Assembly: GCA_041500085.1 (NCBI GenBank)
Contig: JBGQLM010000003.1
Coordinates: 108 to 64,107, forward strand
DNA: 64,000 nt
From: Geobacteraceae bacterium
Lineage (GTDB): Bacteria; Desulfobacterota; Desulfuromonadia; Geobacterales; DSM-12255
Direction: 5' to 3'
Positions 7,212 to 16,920 of this stretch are shown here, piece by piece. The notes under the pieces were generated by a model, which saw only the letters and a program-made list of their open reading frames with translations, did not search any database and was not told where the DNA came from. A program made the position numbers and the translations under genes. How positions within the stretch are numbered: the stretch's first letter is position 1; each line of letters starts with the position of its first letter.

Positions 7212-8348
7212 TCAGACGAATTCGCACAGCACCCGGTTGGACAAAATCAGACCATGCGGACTCTGGCGCAGCCTGCTTTTGTCATTGACCAGCAGACCGG
7301 CACCAGTCAGCCGCTCGATCACCCCCGGGAACTCATCCCGCGCATCAGCCCCGAATTCTCCTGCAAACTCATCCAGATCCACCCCCTCCAGCAGCCGCAG
7401 CCCGAGGAAGAAAAACTCCTCCATCGCCTCTTGCCGGGAAAGGGTCGCTGTGTCCGGCAGGCGGCCTCTGCTGACGCTTGCCGCATAATCGGCCATTTGT
7501 GGCGGGTTTTCCCATCTCGCCCCGAACCCCGGCTCGCGGAGGAACGAGTGCGCCCCTGCCCCGAAACCCAGATAGTTCCCCCTGCGCCAGTAAACCCGGT
7601 TATGACGGGAGCGGCAGCCGGGCCGGGCAAAGTTGGAGATCTCGTATTGCTCAAAACCGGCTTTCCCGAGGGTTGCTGTTGTCAGTTCGAACATTTCTGC
7701 CGCAATCTCTTCTTCCGGAAGATCGAGCTCCCCGCGATCCACCATCGCGGCAAAAGGGGTCCCCTTTTCGACAGACAGCCCGTAAGCCGAGATATGATCA
7801 GGCTTCAGCCCCATCGCCTCCTGCAGCTCCCTCTCCCACTCCTGCAGGGTCTGGCCCGGGAGGGAGTGAATCAGGTCGATGCCGATACTCCTGAAACCTG
7901 TTGCGCGGGCCATGCGTACCGCTTCTCTGGCTTCTGCCGACGAGTGGATCCGGCCCAGAACTCTCAACAGGCTGTCATCGAATGACTGGACACCTATGGA
8001 GAGCCTGTTGATGCCGCCTGCCAGATACCCTTCCAGCGACTCAAGGGTGATTGTTCCCGGATTTACCTCCAGAGTCACCTCGGCGTCATTTTCCAGGCCG
8101 TAAAGATCACGGACAGCCTGCACGACAGTTGCGACCTGCCGGGGAGAGAGGAGAGACGGCGTCCCGCCTCCGAAGTAGAGTGTCGGCGCGGACTCTACCT
8201 TGAACCGGTCTGCTTTTGAGGAGAGCTCTTCCATCAGGAGGAGAACGTAATCACCAAGAGCAATGCCGGGATTTTCCGACGAATTGAAGTCGCAGTAACT
8301 GCACTTCCTGACGCAGAAAGGTATATGGATGTAAAGGGAGCTTTTCAC
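7212..8348 (-). CDS. hemW: radical SAM heme chaperone HemW (HemN-like, oxygen-independent coproporphyrinogen oxidase family)
   Basis: 378 aa with N-terminal SLYIHIPFCVRKCSYCDF (CxxxCxxC), GGGTPS, and a HemN_C-like tail. Confidence 0.85.
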   Translation of the reverse strand: MKSSLYIHIPFCVRKCSYCDFNSSENPGIALGDYVLLLMEELSSKADRFKVESAPTLYFGGGTPSLLSPRQVATVVQAVRDLYGLENDAEVTLEVNPGTITLESLEGYLAGGINRLSIGVQSFDDSLLRVLGRIHSSAEAREAVRMARATGFRSIGIDLIHSLPGQTLQEWERELQEAMGLKPDHISAYGLSVEKGTPFAAMVDRGELDLPEEEIAAEMFELTTATLGKAGFEQYEISNFARPGCRSRHNRVYWRRGNYLGFGAGAHSFLREPGFGARWENPPQMADYAASVSRGRLPDTATLSRQEAMEEFFFLGLRLLEGVDLDEFAGEFGADARDEFPGVIERLTGAGLLVNDKSRLRQSPHGLILSNRVLCEFV

Positions 8349-8698
8349 CCTTGCTTCAGAAGAAATGCCAGGAGAGTGAGCGATACCAGCGCCAGCAGCC
8401 CGGTGATGATCCTGAATACGCGCAGACGCTTCTCAAGCAGGGTGCAACGCTGCTCAAGGAGTTCATTTTGCGCCACCTGTCTCCGGAAGAGACTCTCCTG
8501 TTCGATAAGGCGGTGCTCAAGGTGATTGATCCGCTCGTGCAACTGCAACTCCTCAGCCTCGGCTGCCCGGGTCTCTTCAGGCTGGAATCGCTCTTTTGCC
8601 TTTCTGTAAAGACCAGGGCCGTGCTCAATGGCCATTTCGAAGAGCCTGGTCCAGCCCACCCCTTTAACAAGCGTCGAAAAAAGTGCAACGATTCCCAT
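8345..8698 (-). CDS. hypothetical coiled-coil protein with C-terminal membrane anchor
   Basis: 117 aa. The stop overlaps the hemW start (ATGA). A charged heptad-rich middle is followed by the C-terminal TM IITGLLALVSLTLLAFLL. Confidence 0.5.
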   Translation of the reverse strand: MGIVALFSTLVKGVGWTRLFEMAIEHGPGLYRKAKERFQPEETRAAEAEELQLHERINHLEHRLIEQESLFRRQVAQNELLEQRCTLLEKRLRVFRIITGLLALVSLTLLAFLLKQG

Positions 8699-8788
8699 CG
8701 ATTGTTTCTCCCTGATTTATCCGGCTACTTCTTGAATAGTATAACAATTTCCATTACACTGACACCTGTTTTCAATTAGGAGGATCAT

Positions 8789-9568
8789 ATGCCCCGCCTT
8801 GTCAAAGCCGCGTCAGTTCAGTTCAACATCAAACTTGGAGAGATCGAACCGAATCGCCAGCATGTCCATTCGTCCCTGGCCAGGCTAGCCGATGAGGGCG
8901 TGGAACTTGTGGTTCTTCCCGAAATGTGGGGGACAGGTTTTGCCTACAGGGAGCTGAACGAGCTGGCAACCCGCACCGGCGACCTGGTAGAGGAGCTCGG
9001 GGCCCTTTCGGCAAAATACGGCATGGTGGTCGTCGGCTCACTGCCTGAACCCCATGAAGACAAGGTCTACAATACTGCATATGTTCTCGACCGCGGCAAG
9101 ATGAGGGGAAAGTACCGCAAAATTCACCTTTTTTCCCTGATGCAGGAGGACCGCTCCTTTGACAGCGGCTGTGCCCCGCTGCTTGTCGATACCTCGGTCG
9201 GCAAGCTCGGTGTGTTTATCTGTTACGACCTCCGTTTTCCGGAACTTGCCCGGAGACTGGCTGTAGAAGGGGCGGAGATCCTCGTAGTCCCCGGCGAATG
9301 GCCGAAACCGAGACAGGAGCACTGGCGGACTCTCCTGAGAGCGAGGGCCATCGAGAACCAGCTGTTTCTTGTTTCCGCAAACTGCTGTGGTCAGGTCGGC
9401 AAACTCGATTTCTTCGGCATGAGCATGATCATCGACCCCAAAGGGGAGGTTCTTGCCGAAGCCGGCTACGACCCGCAGGACATCACCGCAACGCTCGATT
9501 TCGCACTGATGGAAGAGTGGCGGGGTCAGATCCCCTGCTTCAGTGACAGAAAACCGGAGTGCTATTAA
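8789..9568 (+). CDS. carbon-nitrogen hydrolase (nitrilase superfamily) protein
   Basis: 259 aa. The Glu-Lys-Cys triad context is LPEMW, YRKIHLF and VFICYDLRFPE. Confidence 0.85.
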   Translation: MPRLVKAASVQFNIKLGEIEPNRQHVHSSLARLADEGVELVVLPEMWGTGFAYRELNELATRTGDLVEELGALSAKYGMVVVGSLPEPHEDKVYNTAYVLDRGKMRGKYRKIHLFSLMQEDRSFDSGCAPLLVDTSVGKLGVFICYDLRFPELARRLAVEGAEILVVPGEWPKPRQEHWRTLLRARAIENQLFLVSANCCGQVGKLDFFGMSMIIDPKGEVLAEAGYDPQDITATLDFALMEEWRGQIPCFSDRKPECY

Positions 9569-9572
9569 AAAG

Positions 9573-9601
9573 TTGACTTGAATGATGCAGAGGAATATTT
9601 T
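9573..9601 (+). promoter_or_regulatory. possible sigma70-type promoter of the tol-pal operon
   Basis: TTGACT (9573-9578), a 17-nt spacer, then TATTTT (9596-9601), 39 nt upstream of the tolQ start. Confidence 0.3.
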
Positions 9602-9639
9602 TTACTGTGCTTTGCCAATGACTTCCCGGAGGTGTTCCA

Positions 9640-10314
9640 TTGTCCCTTTTTGCAGGAACAGGTATTATTGTAAAACTTGTACTAATCGTCCTCGGATACT
9701 TTTCAGTAGGCTCTTGGGCGATTATCTTCTACAAACTGCTTCAGGTTCATAAAGCAAACAAGGAATCTGAACGGTTCCTGGCCTTCTTCTGGCAGACCAA
9801 ACGGTTCGATGCGATCAGCACCCAGATTGACCGGTTCGCCAATTCCCCGCTCTCGATACTTTTTACCGAAGGTTACAACGAACTGAAAAAGATCGGTGAA
9901 AAGGAGGTGGAGAAGAACGACCCGAAAATCATCAGTACTGATCTCGGCGGCGTCGACAATATTGCCAGGGCGCTTCGCCGGGCTACCACATCCGAGATAA
10001 CCCGGCTCGAAAAATACCTGACCTTTCTTGCAACAACAGGTTCTACCGCCCCTTTCATCGGCCTTTTCGGCACAGTCTGGGGGATCATGACCGCATTCAA
10101 AGGGATCGGCGAAACCGGCTCGGCTTCCCTTGCTGTCGTGGCGCCCGGTATTGCCGAAGCGCTCGTTGCCACCGCGATAGGGCTTGTTGCCGCCATCCCC
10201 GCTGTCATGGGATTCAACCACTTTCAGAACAAGATAAAGGTTCTGATTGCTGAAATGGACAATTTTTCAACGGAGTTCCTGAATATTGTCCAACGCTCCA
10301 TTGCAAAGAAATAG
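9640..10314 (+). CDS. tolQ: Tol-Pal system protein TolQ (MotA/TolQ/ExbB proton channel)
   Basis: 224 aa with a TTG start and a GGAGG SD. It has three TM segments and the motif TAPFIGLFGTVWGIM. It is followed by tolR-tolA-tolB-pal. Confidence 0.88.
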   Translation: MSLFAGTGIIVKLVLIVLGYFSVGSWAIIFYKLLQVHKANKESERFLAFFWQTKRFDAISTQIDRFANSPLSILFTEGYNELKKIGEKEVEKNDPKIISTDLGGVDNIARALRRATTSEITRLEKYLTFLATTGSTAPFIGLFGTVWGIMTAFKGIGETGSASLAVVAPGIAEALVATAIGLVAAIPAVMGFNHFQNKIKVLIAEMDNFSTEFLNIVQRSIAKK

Positions 10315-10329
10315 GCGGAGAGTTCTACC

Positions 10330-10746
10330 ATGGAAATCGGTAACAGGAGTAACGATAGGCAGGTGATGTCACAGATAAACGTCACGCCTTTTGTCGACGT
10401 CATGCTGGTCCTGCTCGTAATATTCATGATAACAGCACCCATGATGCAGCAGGGGATGCAGGTGAACCTCCCCAAAACAGAAGCAAAAGCGATGACCGTA
10501 AAGGATGACCCGATAATCGTGACCATTGACAGGAGCGGTCGCGCCTTTCTGGACAAGGGAGAGGTTCCCCAGGGGCAGCTGAAAGCGAAACTTGCCGCTC
10601 TTTTTGCTTCAAAAAGCAAAAAAGAGGTCTTTTTGAAGGCGGACCGCGATGTGCCTTACGGGGATGTGATCCGTGCAATGGCCGAGATCAAGGGTGCCGG
10701 GGTCGAAAGGCTCGGAATGCTTACGGAGCCCGCAGGGTCGAAATGA
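10330..10746 (+). CDS. tolR: Tol-Pal system protein TolR (ExbD/TolR family)
   Basis: 138 aa with INVTPFVDVMLVLLVIFM and the conserved Asp-containing TM helix. Confidence 0.88.
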   Translation: MEIGNRSNDRQVMSQINVTPFVDVMLVLLVIFMITAPMMQQGMQVNLPKTEAKAMTVKDDPIIVTIDRSGRAFLDKGEVPQGQLKAKLAALFASKSKKEVFLKADRDVPYGDVIRAMAEIKGAGVERLGMLTEPAGSK

Positions 10747-11510
10747 TCCCATCTGCTGACCGCCGTGACCAGAACCCGGGGTGGATGTTCATCATCTCCC
10801 TGGCTCTACATATACTTATTCTTTTCATCTGCAGCAGTACGAATCTCTTCAAAGCTTCATTCCACGAAGTAACTCCGTATTATGTAGACATTGTTTCACT
10901 GCCGGCCCTTGAGGCAACCTCCACAGAACCTCAGGCGCAACAGACCGTTCCAACGCCACCCCCTGCTCCTGCTGTGGCTCCAAAGACACCTGTTGCGCCC
11001 GCAATGACACTCCCGGAAAAGCCCGCTCTCAAACCCGCTCTCAAACTGATCCCTCCGGCTGCTTCATCACCCGGCACTGCCGATCAGGAAGCGCGAGAAT
11101 TTGCCGAGCGCATGAGCCATCTGGAGCACAGTTCAGAGGCAAAGCATCAAGCTGCAGCACTTGATTCTCTCCAGAAGAAGGCAACAGAGCAAAAGCGACC
11201 TTCCGGCGGAGGAGGGGCGGCTAAAGGCACAGGAGCAGATTACGGTTCAAATATCCAGTCGAGGCTGAAGGATGCTCTTGTAAGCACAATCGTGTATCGG
11301 AGTCAAAAGCCGGAAGCAGCTGTACATCTTTATATCGACAAGAGAGGCAAACTTATCAAATACGTCATGATCCGTCCTTCTCCTGACAAACTTTTCAACG
11401 ACTCGGTGATCCGGACAATAGAAAAGGCAAAGGCAAGCTTTCCTCCCAACCCCGCCGGGTCCGACTTTGACAGACTCTTTGTCTTCAACCCTCAAGAGGT
11501 GTCCAAGTGA
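10743..11510 (+). CDS. tolA: TolA-like protein (TonB C-terminal domain family)
   Basis: 255 aa with an N-terminal TM anchor, a Pro/Ala-rich spacer and a C-terminal TonB_C-like domain. The call rests mainly on its position between tolR and tolB. It overlaps tolR by ATGA. Confidence 0.7.
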   Translation: MIPSADRRDQNPGWMFIISLALHILILFICSSTNLFKASFHEVTPYYVDIVSLPALEATSTEPQAQQTVPTPPPAPAVAPKTPVAPAMTLPEKPALKPALKLIPPAASSPGTADQEAREFAERMSHLEHSSEAKHQAAALDSLQKKATEQKRPSGGGGAAKGTGADYGSNIQSRLKDALVSTIVYRSQKPEAAVHLYIDKRGKLIKYVMIRPSPDKLFNDSVIRTIEKAKASFPPNPAGSDFDRLFVFNPQEVSK

Positions 11511-12736
11511 GATTTGCTTTCGCTGCGGTTTTATTGTTCCTCCTCGTATGCCCGACTGTGACCTTCTCACAGGAGGATTTCCTGAGGGTCACGGCCCCTG
11601 GGAATCGTCAACTCAAAATGGCAGTTCTGCCTCCGGTCCCCATTTCCGGAGATCAAAACCAGAAAATTGCTGCTGAAATTGCTGACATATTCAAACTCGA
11701 CCTCGGGATTACCGGGATTATCAGCATGACCGATGTTCCTGCCGATGCAGACATCATCCTTAAAACAGCTTACAGGTTTTCTGCCTCATCCATAACTTTC
11801 GAGTATCGACTCACCGAGCTCCCTTCAGGGAAAGAGCTGCTCGCCAAACGCTACAGTTCATCGCTTCAGGACATTAGAAAAACTGCCCATACTTTCTCTG
11901 ACGAAGTTTTATATGCCTTGACCGGAGAGCGAGGGCCATTTACCGGTAAAATAGCATATGTGTCTACTTCTAGCGGAAACAAAGAGATCTACCTTATGGA
12001 CTGGGACGGCTACAACAGCCAAAAACTCACCAGCAACGGGTCCATCAACCTCAATCCGGATTTTTCTCCCTCCGGGAAAGAGATTATTTTCACCTCCTAC
12101 AAGAAACAGAATCCGGATCTGTACCGGAGGGAACTCTTCACCGGCACAGAAGCACGAATTTCATCCTCTCCGGGAATCAACATTACCGGGGCGTTCTCCC
12201 CTGAAGGGAACCGCGTGGCGCTTGCCATGAGCAAAGACGGCAATTCGGAGATCTACCTTATAACCAAGGGAGGAAAGCCTCTTTCCCGGTTAACCAACAA
12301 CCCGGCAATAGACCTTTCGCCGACATGGTCCCCTGACGGCAAATTCATCGCTTTCGTTTCAGACCGCCTCGGCAGACCCCAGATATTCGTGATGCACATT
12401 GACGGAAGCGACAGTAGACGGCTGACAACCGCCGGCTCATATAATGTGGCCCCTCGCTGGTCACCAAAAGGTGATAAAATCGCCTACAGCCGTCAGTATG
12501 GAAACAGTTTCCAGATTCACATTATCAACCCTGATGGAAGTGGCGACAAGCAACTCACCTTCGAAGGGAATAATGAGCATCCAAGATGGTCTCCTGACGG
12601 CCGGCTGATCGTTTTCAGCAGTAAACGTGCAGGAACCGAATCAGTTTATGTTATGCGGGCCGACGGCTCAGGACAAACAAAAGTTTCTCGCGGCAGGTCA
12701 AGCGATTCCCATCCCACATGGTCGCCTCGCTGGTAG
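11507..12736 (+). CDS. tolB: Tol-Pal system beta-propeller protein TolB
   Basis: 409 aa. The GTG start overlaps the tolA stop (GTGA). There is a signal peptide and repeated PxWSPDG blades (SPTWSPDGKFIAF, PRWSPKGDKIAY, PRWSPDGRLIVF). Confidence 0.9.
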   Translation: MRFAFAAVLLFLLVCPTVTFSQEDFLRVTAPGNRQLKMAVLPPVPISGDQNQKIAAEIADIFKLDLGITGIISMTDVPADADIILKTAYRFSASSITFEYRLTELPSGKELLAKRYSSSLQDIRKTAHTFSDEVLYALTGERGPFTGKIAYVSTSSGNKEIYLMDWDGYNSQKLTSNGSINLNPDFSPSGKEIIFTSYKKQNPDLYRRELFTGTEARISSSPGINITGAFSPEGNRVALAMSKDGNSEIYLITKGGKPLSRLTNNPAIDLSPTWSPDGKFIAFVSDRLGRPQIFVMHIDGSDSRRLTTAGSYNVAPRWSPKGDKIAYSRQYGNSFQIHIINPDGSGDKQLTFEGNNEHPRWSPDGRLIVFSSKRAGTESVYVMRADGSGQTKVSRGRSSDSHPTWSPRW

Positions 12737-12766
12737 TTGATAAAATACTGTTTTTTTCAAGATAGA

Positions 12767-12794
12767 TTGAAAATGTCTCAGAATTATGTATAAT
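12767..12794 (+). promoter_or_regulatory. sigma70-type promoter upstream of pal
   Basis: TTGAAA (12767-12772), a 16-nt spacer, then TATAAT (12789-12794), 45 nt upstream of the pal ATG. Confidence 0.5.
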
Positions 12795-12838
12795 CCCGAG
12801 TACACCGCTTCAGAATACATCAGCTGAAAGGAGTTTTT

Positions 12839-13507
12839 ATGAGTAATTTTCTGTTCAAGGGGTTTGTTGCCATTGCGTTTTCCATCATGCTTATCAGCGG
12901 CTGCGCAAAAGACCAGGTAAAACCCGATGAAGCGCTGGCACCTGCTGCCTCTGGCAGTTCCAATATTCAGGCATCCGGGCAGAAAGCTTCAGCTGATCAG
13001 TCAGATGCCGACAGGGCTGCTGCCGAAAAGGCCGCCGCCGACAGAGCTGCTGCCGAAAAGGCCGCTGCCGACAGGGCTGCTGCCGAAAAAGCCGCTGCTG
13101 ACAGGGCCGCTGCCGAAAAGGCCGCCGCCGACAGGGCTGCTGCCGAAAAAGCCGCTGCTGACAAAGCCGCAGAAACAGCTCTCAAAATGGTCAACTTTGA
13201 TTTTGACTCGTATGTGTTGACCAAGCCGGCGAGAGACATCCTTTACAATAATGCCGACTTCCTGCTGAAGAAGTACAAGGGAAAGGTCAAGATTGAAGGA
13301 CACTGCGACGAACGCGGCTCCGATGAATACAACCTTGCCTTGGGCGAGAAAAGAGCAAAAGCGGCTCTGGACTATCTGTCGACTCTTGGCGTCCCCTCTG
13401 AACAGCTTTCGATAATAAGCTACGGCAAAGAACGCCCCCTGGATGCAGGTCATGAGGAAGGGAGCTGGGCCAAGAACAGAAGAGCCGAGTTCGTACTGGT
13501 AAAGTAG
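12839..13507 (+). CDS. pal: peptidoglycan-associated lipoprotein Pal (OmpA-like domain) with repeat-expanded linker
   Basis: 222 aa with lipobox LISGCAK and the OmpA-like C-terminus NFDFDSYVL...IEGHCDERGSDEYNLALGEKRA...NRRAEF. The linker has five ADRAAAEKAA decapeptides. Confidence 0.9.
   Translation: MSNFLFKGFVAIAFSIMLISGCAKDQVKPDEALAPAASGSSNIQASGQKASADQSDADRAAAEKAAADRAAAEKAAADRAAAEKAAADRAAAEKAAADRAAAEKAAADKAAETALKMVNFDFDSYVLTKPARDILYNNADFLLKKYKGKVKIEGHCDERGSDEYNLALGEKRAKAALDYLSTLGVPSEQLSIISYGKERPLDAGHEEGSWAKNRRAEFVLVK
13007..13170 (+). repeat. in-frame 30-bp tandem repeat (5 full units plus a partial one) inside pal
   Basis: Units GCCGACAGGGCTGCTGCCGAAAAGGCCGCC start at 13007, 13037, 13067, 13097 and 13127. 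The differences I see between units are synonymous. The partial unit ends ...GACAAAGCCGCAGAA. Confidence 0.9.
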
Positions 13508-13528
13508 GCAGGACTTCATTCGTACTTT

Positions 13529-13553
13529 AAAGGAGCCGTAAAGGCTCCTTTTT
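13529..13553 (+). terminator. intrinsic terminator after pal
   Basis: AAAGGAGCC-gtaaa-GGCTCCTTT followed by a T-run. Confidence 0.7.
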
Positions 13554-13584
13554 ATTATGCTCCGTCTGACTGAAAGGCTGACTC

Positions 13585-14409
13585 ATGAAAACAACTCACT
13601 TGATTTTACCATGCTTGATCTTCCTTGCCGGATGCGCCACAAAAGGGGAGATGAGTTCGGCTTTTCAGGACATCGAAGAGCTTAAAACGCGCCTTAACGG
13701 CACAGAGAAAAACATAGCCACGGTAAAAAGCGAATCCAGAGAGATCGCCGAAAAAAGTTCGCGTGACGCCCTGAAATATCTGGAAACTCTTCGTAAGGGA
13801 ACCGCCGATATGCAGGCAAACCTTGACGGGATGAGAATCGATGTCCAGGTAATGGCCGGGAAGGTTGACGATATTGGACTGGCAGCAAAAAAGCCTTTTG
13901 ACGACATTACTCTCCTGAAAGAAGATACTTCAAAATCCGTATCTGCCATGGAGGAGCGTCTGAAAAAACTGGAGTCGGATCTGGCAGCGACCAACGAGAA
14001 ATTAAGTACAATTGTTAAGTCACTGGAAGTTCCTCCCACTGCTGAAAACCTTTACAAGCAGGCTCAGGATACAATTAAAGCCGGTGAGACCAGCAAAGCA
14101 AGGGAGCTTCTCAACAAATTCAACGAAACATATCCGGGACACAAGCTTGCACCCAATGTCAGGTACTGGATTGGAGAAACCTGGTATATAGAGAAGAATT
14201 ATGAGCAGGCAGTCCTTGAATTCCAGCGGGTCATCAAGGAGTACCCAGGGAAGGAGAAGGTTTCTGCTGCAATGCTCAAGCAGGCTATGGCATTCAAGGA
14301 ACTGGGTGATGCAAAAAGTGCCAAGTTCGTGCTTAAAGAACTTATAGAGAAATTCCCTCTATCCGAAGAAATCCCTGCGGCAAAAGAGCTGTTGGGAAAG
14401 ACAAAATAA
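13585..14409 (+). CDS. ybgF: Tol-Pal system protein YbgF/CpoB (coiled coil + TPR)
   Basis: 274 aa. Lipoprotein-like signal FLAGCA, an N-terminal coiled coil, and the C-terminal TPR block YKQAQDTIKAGE...YPGHKLAPNVRYWIGETWY...YPGKEKVSAAMLK. It is the last gene of the tol-pal cluster. Confidence 0.85.
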   Translation: MKTTHLILPCLIFLAGCATKGEMSSAFQDIEELKTRLNGTEKNIATVKSESREIAEKSSRDALKYLETLRKGTADMQANLDGMRIDVQVMAGKVDDIGLAAKKPFDDITLLKEDTSKSVSAMEERLKKLESDLAATNEKLSTIVKSLEVPPTAENLYKQAQDTIKAGETSKARELLNKFNETYPGHKLAPNVRYWIGETWYIEKNYEQAVLEFQRVIKEYPGKEKVSAAMLKQAMAFKELGDAKSAKFVLKELIEKFPLSEEIPAAKELLGKTK

Positions 14410-14435
14410 AAGAGGCGGGGAAATCCCCGCCTCTT
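14410..14435. terminator. bidirectional intrinsic terminator between ybgF and tatA
   Basis: AAGAGGCGGGG-aaat-CCCCGCCTCTT, with A-run/T-run flanks on both strands. It sits between convergent stops at 14409 and 14439. Confidence 0.8.
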
Positions 14436-14438
14436 TTA

Positions 14439-14720
14439 TTACCCTTTAAGGTGTGACTCTTCTTTATTCCCTGCAGGTGGCTTTTCTTTATCAGCCACAG
14501 CCTCTTCTTTTTTTGCGTCGTGCATGCCGGCACTCCGCTCCTTTTCCTCCGTTGCTCTAGCCTCTTGTTCAACCCCCTGCCTGAAATCATCCGCCGCCTT
14601 CTTGAACTCGGCAAGCCCTTTACCAAGGGATTTTGCAAGCTCCGGAAGCTTCTGGGGGCCAATGACTATAAGTGCTATGACCAGAATTATTATCATTTCG
14701 GGCATGCCGATACCAAACAT
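14439..14720 (-). CDS. tatA: twin-arginine translocase subunit TatA/E
   Basis: 93 aa. MFGIGMPEMIIILVIALIVIGPQKLPELAKSLGKGLAEFKKA is a canonical TatA N-terminus. Confidence 0.88.
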   Translation of the reverse strand: MFGIGMPEMIIILVIALIVIGPQKLPELAKSLGKGLAEFKKAADDFRQGVEQEARATEEKERSAGMHDAKKEEAVADKEKPPAGNKEESHLKG

Positions 14721-14792
14721 AAATTCCTCCGAGTAACTCTCGATACTGTAAAATGATAGTGTGTTTATGCGGTATAGTCAATGGCAAAGGAT

Positions 14793-14821
14793 TTGACAGC
14801 AGAGTGAACATTGTCTAGTAT
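14793..14821 (+). promoter_or_regulatory. sigma70-type promoter upstream of nadA
   Basis: TTGACA (14793-14798), a 17-nt spacer, then TAGTAT (14816-14821), 32 nt upstream of the nadA ATG. Confidence 0.5.
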
Positions 14822-14853
14822 CTCTGCTATCTTTTCAATCTGAACATGAGGGT

Positions 14854-15768
14854 ATGATGTCGACTTCAATTCAACAGGAGATACGGAACCTACTTGATGC
14901 CCGCAATGCCATCCTGCTTGCCCATAACTATATGCGTGACGAGGTTCAGGAGATTGCCGACATTACCGGAGACTCACTGGGTCTCTCCCAGGAGGCAGCC
15001 AGAACATCGAAGGATGTAATCGTCTTCTGCGGGGTGCATTTCATGGCTGAGTCAGCAGCCATCCTCTCTCCTGAAAAGACCGTTATTCTGCCACGACTTG
15101 ATGCCGGTTGTCCAATGGCAGACATGATTACGGCGGAGGATCTTCGAAAATTCAAAGCCGCTCGGCCCGGGATACCGGTAGTTACCTATGTAAACTCATC
15201 CGCTGAAGTAAAAGCTGAAAGCGATATCTGCTGCACATCGGCAAATGCAATCAAAGTTGTAAATTCTCTTCCTGACCGTGAAATTATCTTTACGCCCGAC
15301 AGAAACCTCGGCCAGTACGTCTCCGGTTTCAGCAACAAGAAATTTCATTTATGGGATGGTTACTGTCCGACGCACGAGCGGCTCAAACCGGAAGCTGTAA
15401 CCGCTCTGAAAAGCAGCAGCCCGGATGCGCATTTTATCTGCCACCCTGAATGTAACCCTGCGGTAGTTGCTCTTGCTGATCATGTTTGTTCTACTTCCGG
15501 CATGTACGAGTATTGCAGGAAAAGCTCGCAAAAGCGGTTCATTATCGGCACTGAAGCAGGAATTCTTTATCGACTGAAAAAAGAGAACCCCGATAAGGAG
15601 TTCATTCTGGCATCTCCGGCTCTGATCTGCCCGAATATGAAGCTGACATCCCTCGAAGATATTCTTTCCGCACTGGAGAAGATGGCACCTGTTGTCACGG
15701 TATCGGACCGGATAAGAATAGCGGCAAAAAAAGCCCTGGACAGGATGATTGCAGTACCGAGAGACTGA
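14854..15768 (+). CDS. nadA: quinolinate synthase NadA
   Basis: 304 aa with [31 protein letters not shown] and conserved Cys residues for the 4Fe-4S cluster. Confidence 0.88.
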   Translation: MMSTSIQQEIRNLLDARNAILLAHNYMRDEVQEIADITGDSLGLSQEAARTSKDVIVFCGVHFMAESAAILSPEKTVILPRLDAGCPMADMITAEDLRKFKAARPGIPVVTYVNSSAEVKAESDICCTSANAIKVVNSLPDREIIFTPDRNLGQYVSGFSNKKFHLWDGYCPTHERLKPEAVTALKSSSPDAHFICHPECNPAVVALADHVCSTSGMYEYCRKSSQKRFIIGTEAGILYRLKKENPDKEFILASPALICPNMKLTSLEDILSALEKMAPVVTVSDRIRIAAKKALDRMIAVPRD

Positions 15769-15963
15769 TCATCTGTTCATGTCATGAAGATACATCATGG
15801 CAAGCCGCCCTCTGTTTTCAAGGCATATACTGCAAAGAGTGCCGCTGTCCTCCCAGTGTTCCTTAGCCAGCCATTCACCTGCTTGCACGAAAAGTGAGTT
15901 TCCATCAGGTTTATCGAACAGGACTCCGCAGAGTGTACAGATCTTTTTTTCGTCACTACGCAT
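15769..15963 (-). CDS. small CxxC...CxxC zinc-ribbon protein, translationally coupled to hemH
   Basis: The ORF track gives 15769..15987. I prefer the ATG at 15963 ([14 protein letters not shown]...CSIC...) because it overlaps the hemH stop as ATGCGTAG. I recognise no family. Confidence 0.45.
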   Translation of the reverse strand: MRSDEKKICTLCGVLFDKPDGNSLFVQAGEWLAKEHWEDSGTLCSICLENRGRLAMMYLHDMNR

Positions 15964-16906
15964 CTGATTTTCGAACGAGATCGGCAAGACATCTGATGAA
16001 TTTTGGTGAGCTGTTCAAGGAAGGAACCCTTTCAAACCTGGCTATACCAAGCTCCCATGCTTTTTTGGCGTATTCGATATCGATTTCGTGAAGAGTTTCG
16101 ATATGATCCGAGACAAACGAAAGCGGCACTACGAGGATATTCTTCGAGCCGTTCTGCGCAAGACTTTTCAGCATTTCGTCCGTAGACGGTTCAAGCCACT
16201 TTACAGGACCGGCTTTTGACTGAAATGAAAGGTGATGCTGGAGGTCGAAACTCTTCATGACAAGTTTCACACTTTCTTGAATTTGTTCCAGATAAGGATC
16301 CCCTTCCTGAATGAATGAAATCGGGAGTGAGTGTGCTGAAAAGAGCAGTTCGACATCTGCCAGCGGATGGAACTGACTGAGTCCTTCCCGTATCCGGTCC
16401 TGCAACGCCTCTATATAAAGAGGATTGTTATAGAAACTGTCGATGTATTGAACCGTAAAATCGACTTTTGCTTCAGTTAGCACCCTTTTGAGCTCTTTTA
16501 TGCTAGAACCTGTGGTTGCTTTTGAATAATGCGGATACAGTGAAACTGCCGTTATGTCGGAGATACCGGCTTTCTTTATTTCAGCAAGGGCTTCTATCGT
16601 AGAAGGATGCCAATATCGCATCGCAACGAAACATCTGTAGCCATCACCAAGCTCGTTTTCCAGGTTTGCGGCCTGTTCCTCGGTAAGCCTTCGAAGCGGA
16701 GAGCTGCCGCCTATCTGTCTGTAGTTTTCTTCAACATGACGAGCTCTGCGCTTTACAATCAATCGTGCGATAACCGGCTGTAGCCAGGCAGGTCCTATCT
16801 TGATTATTTCCCGGTCAGAAAACAGATTGAGAAGAAACGGCTCAACTGCATCTATGGAATCAGGCCCCCCCATCTGCAGGAGCAGAACCGCTCTCTTCTT
16901 GGTCAT
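15956..16906 (-). CDS. hemH: ferrochelatase
   Basis: 316 aa with [17 protein letters not shown], and the HSLP...GDPY and FVSDHIETL motifs. Confidence 0.9.
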   Translation of the reverse strand: MTKKRAVLLLQMGGPDSIDAVEPFLLNLFSDREIIKIGPAWLQPVIARLIVKRRARHVEENYRQIGGSSPLRRLTEEQAANLENELGDGYRCFVAMRYWHPSTIEALAEIKKAGISDITAVSLYPHYSKATTGSSIKELKRVLTEAKVDFTVQYIDSFYNNPLYIEALQDRIREGLSQFHPLADVELLFSAHSLPISFIQEGDPYLEQIQESVKLVMKSFDLQHHLSFQSKAGPVKWLEPSTDEMLKSLAQNGSKNILVVPLSFVSDHIETLHEIDIEYAKKAWELGIARFERVPSLNSSPKFIRCLADLVRKSDA

Positions 16907-16920
16907 ATCATCCCTCTACA

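Noticed and set aside
13007-13170. 30-bp tandem repeat considered as a CRISPR-like or minisatellite array
   Set aside because: The units are contiguous with no spacers. They are in frame inside pal and encode a regular decapeptide. The antisense ORFs (12997..13239 and 13001..13519) are shadows.
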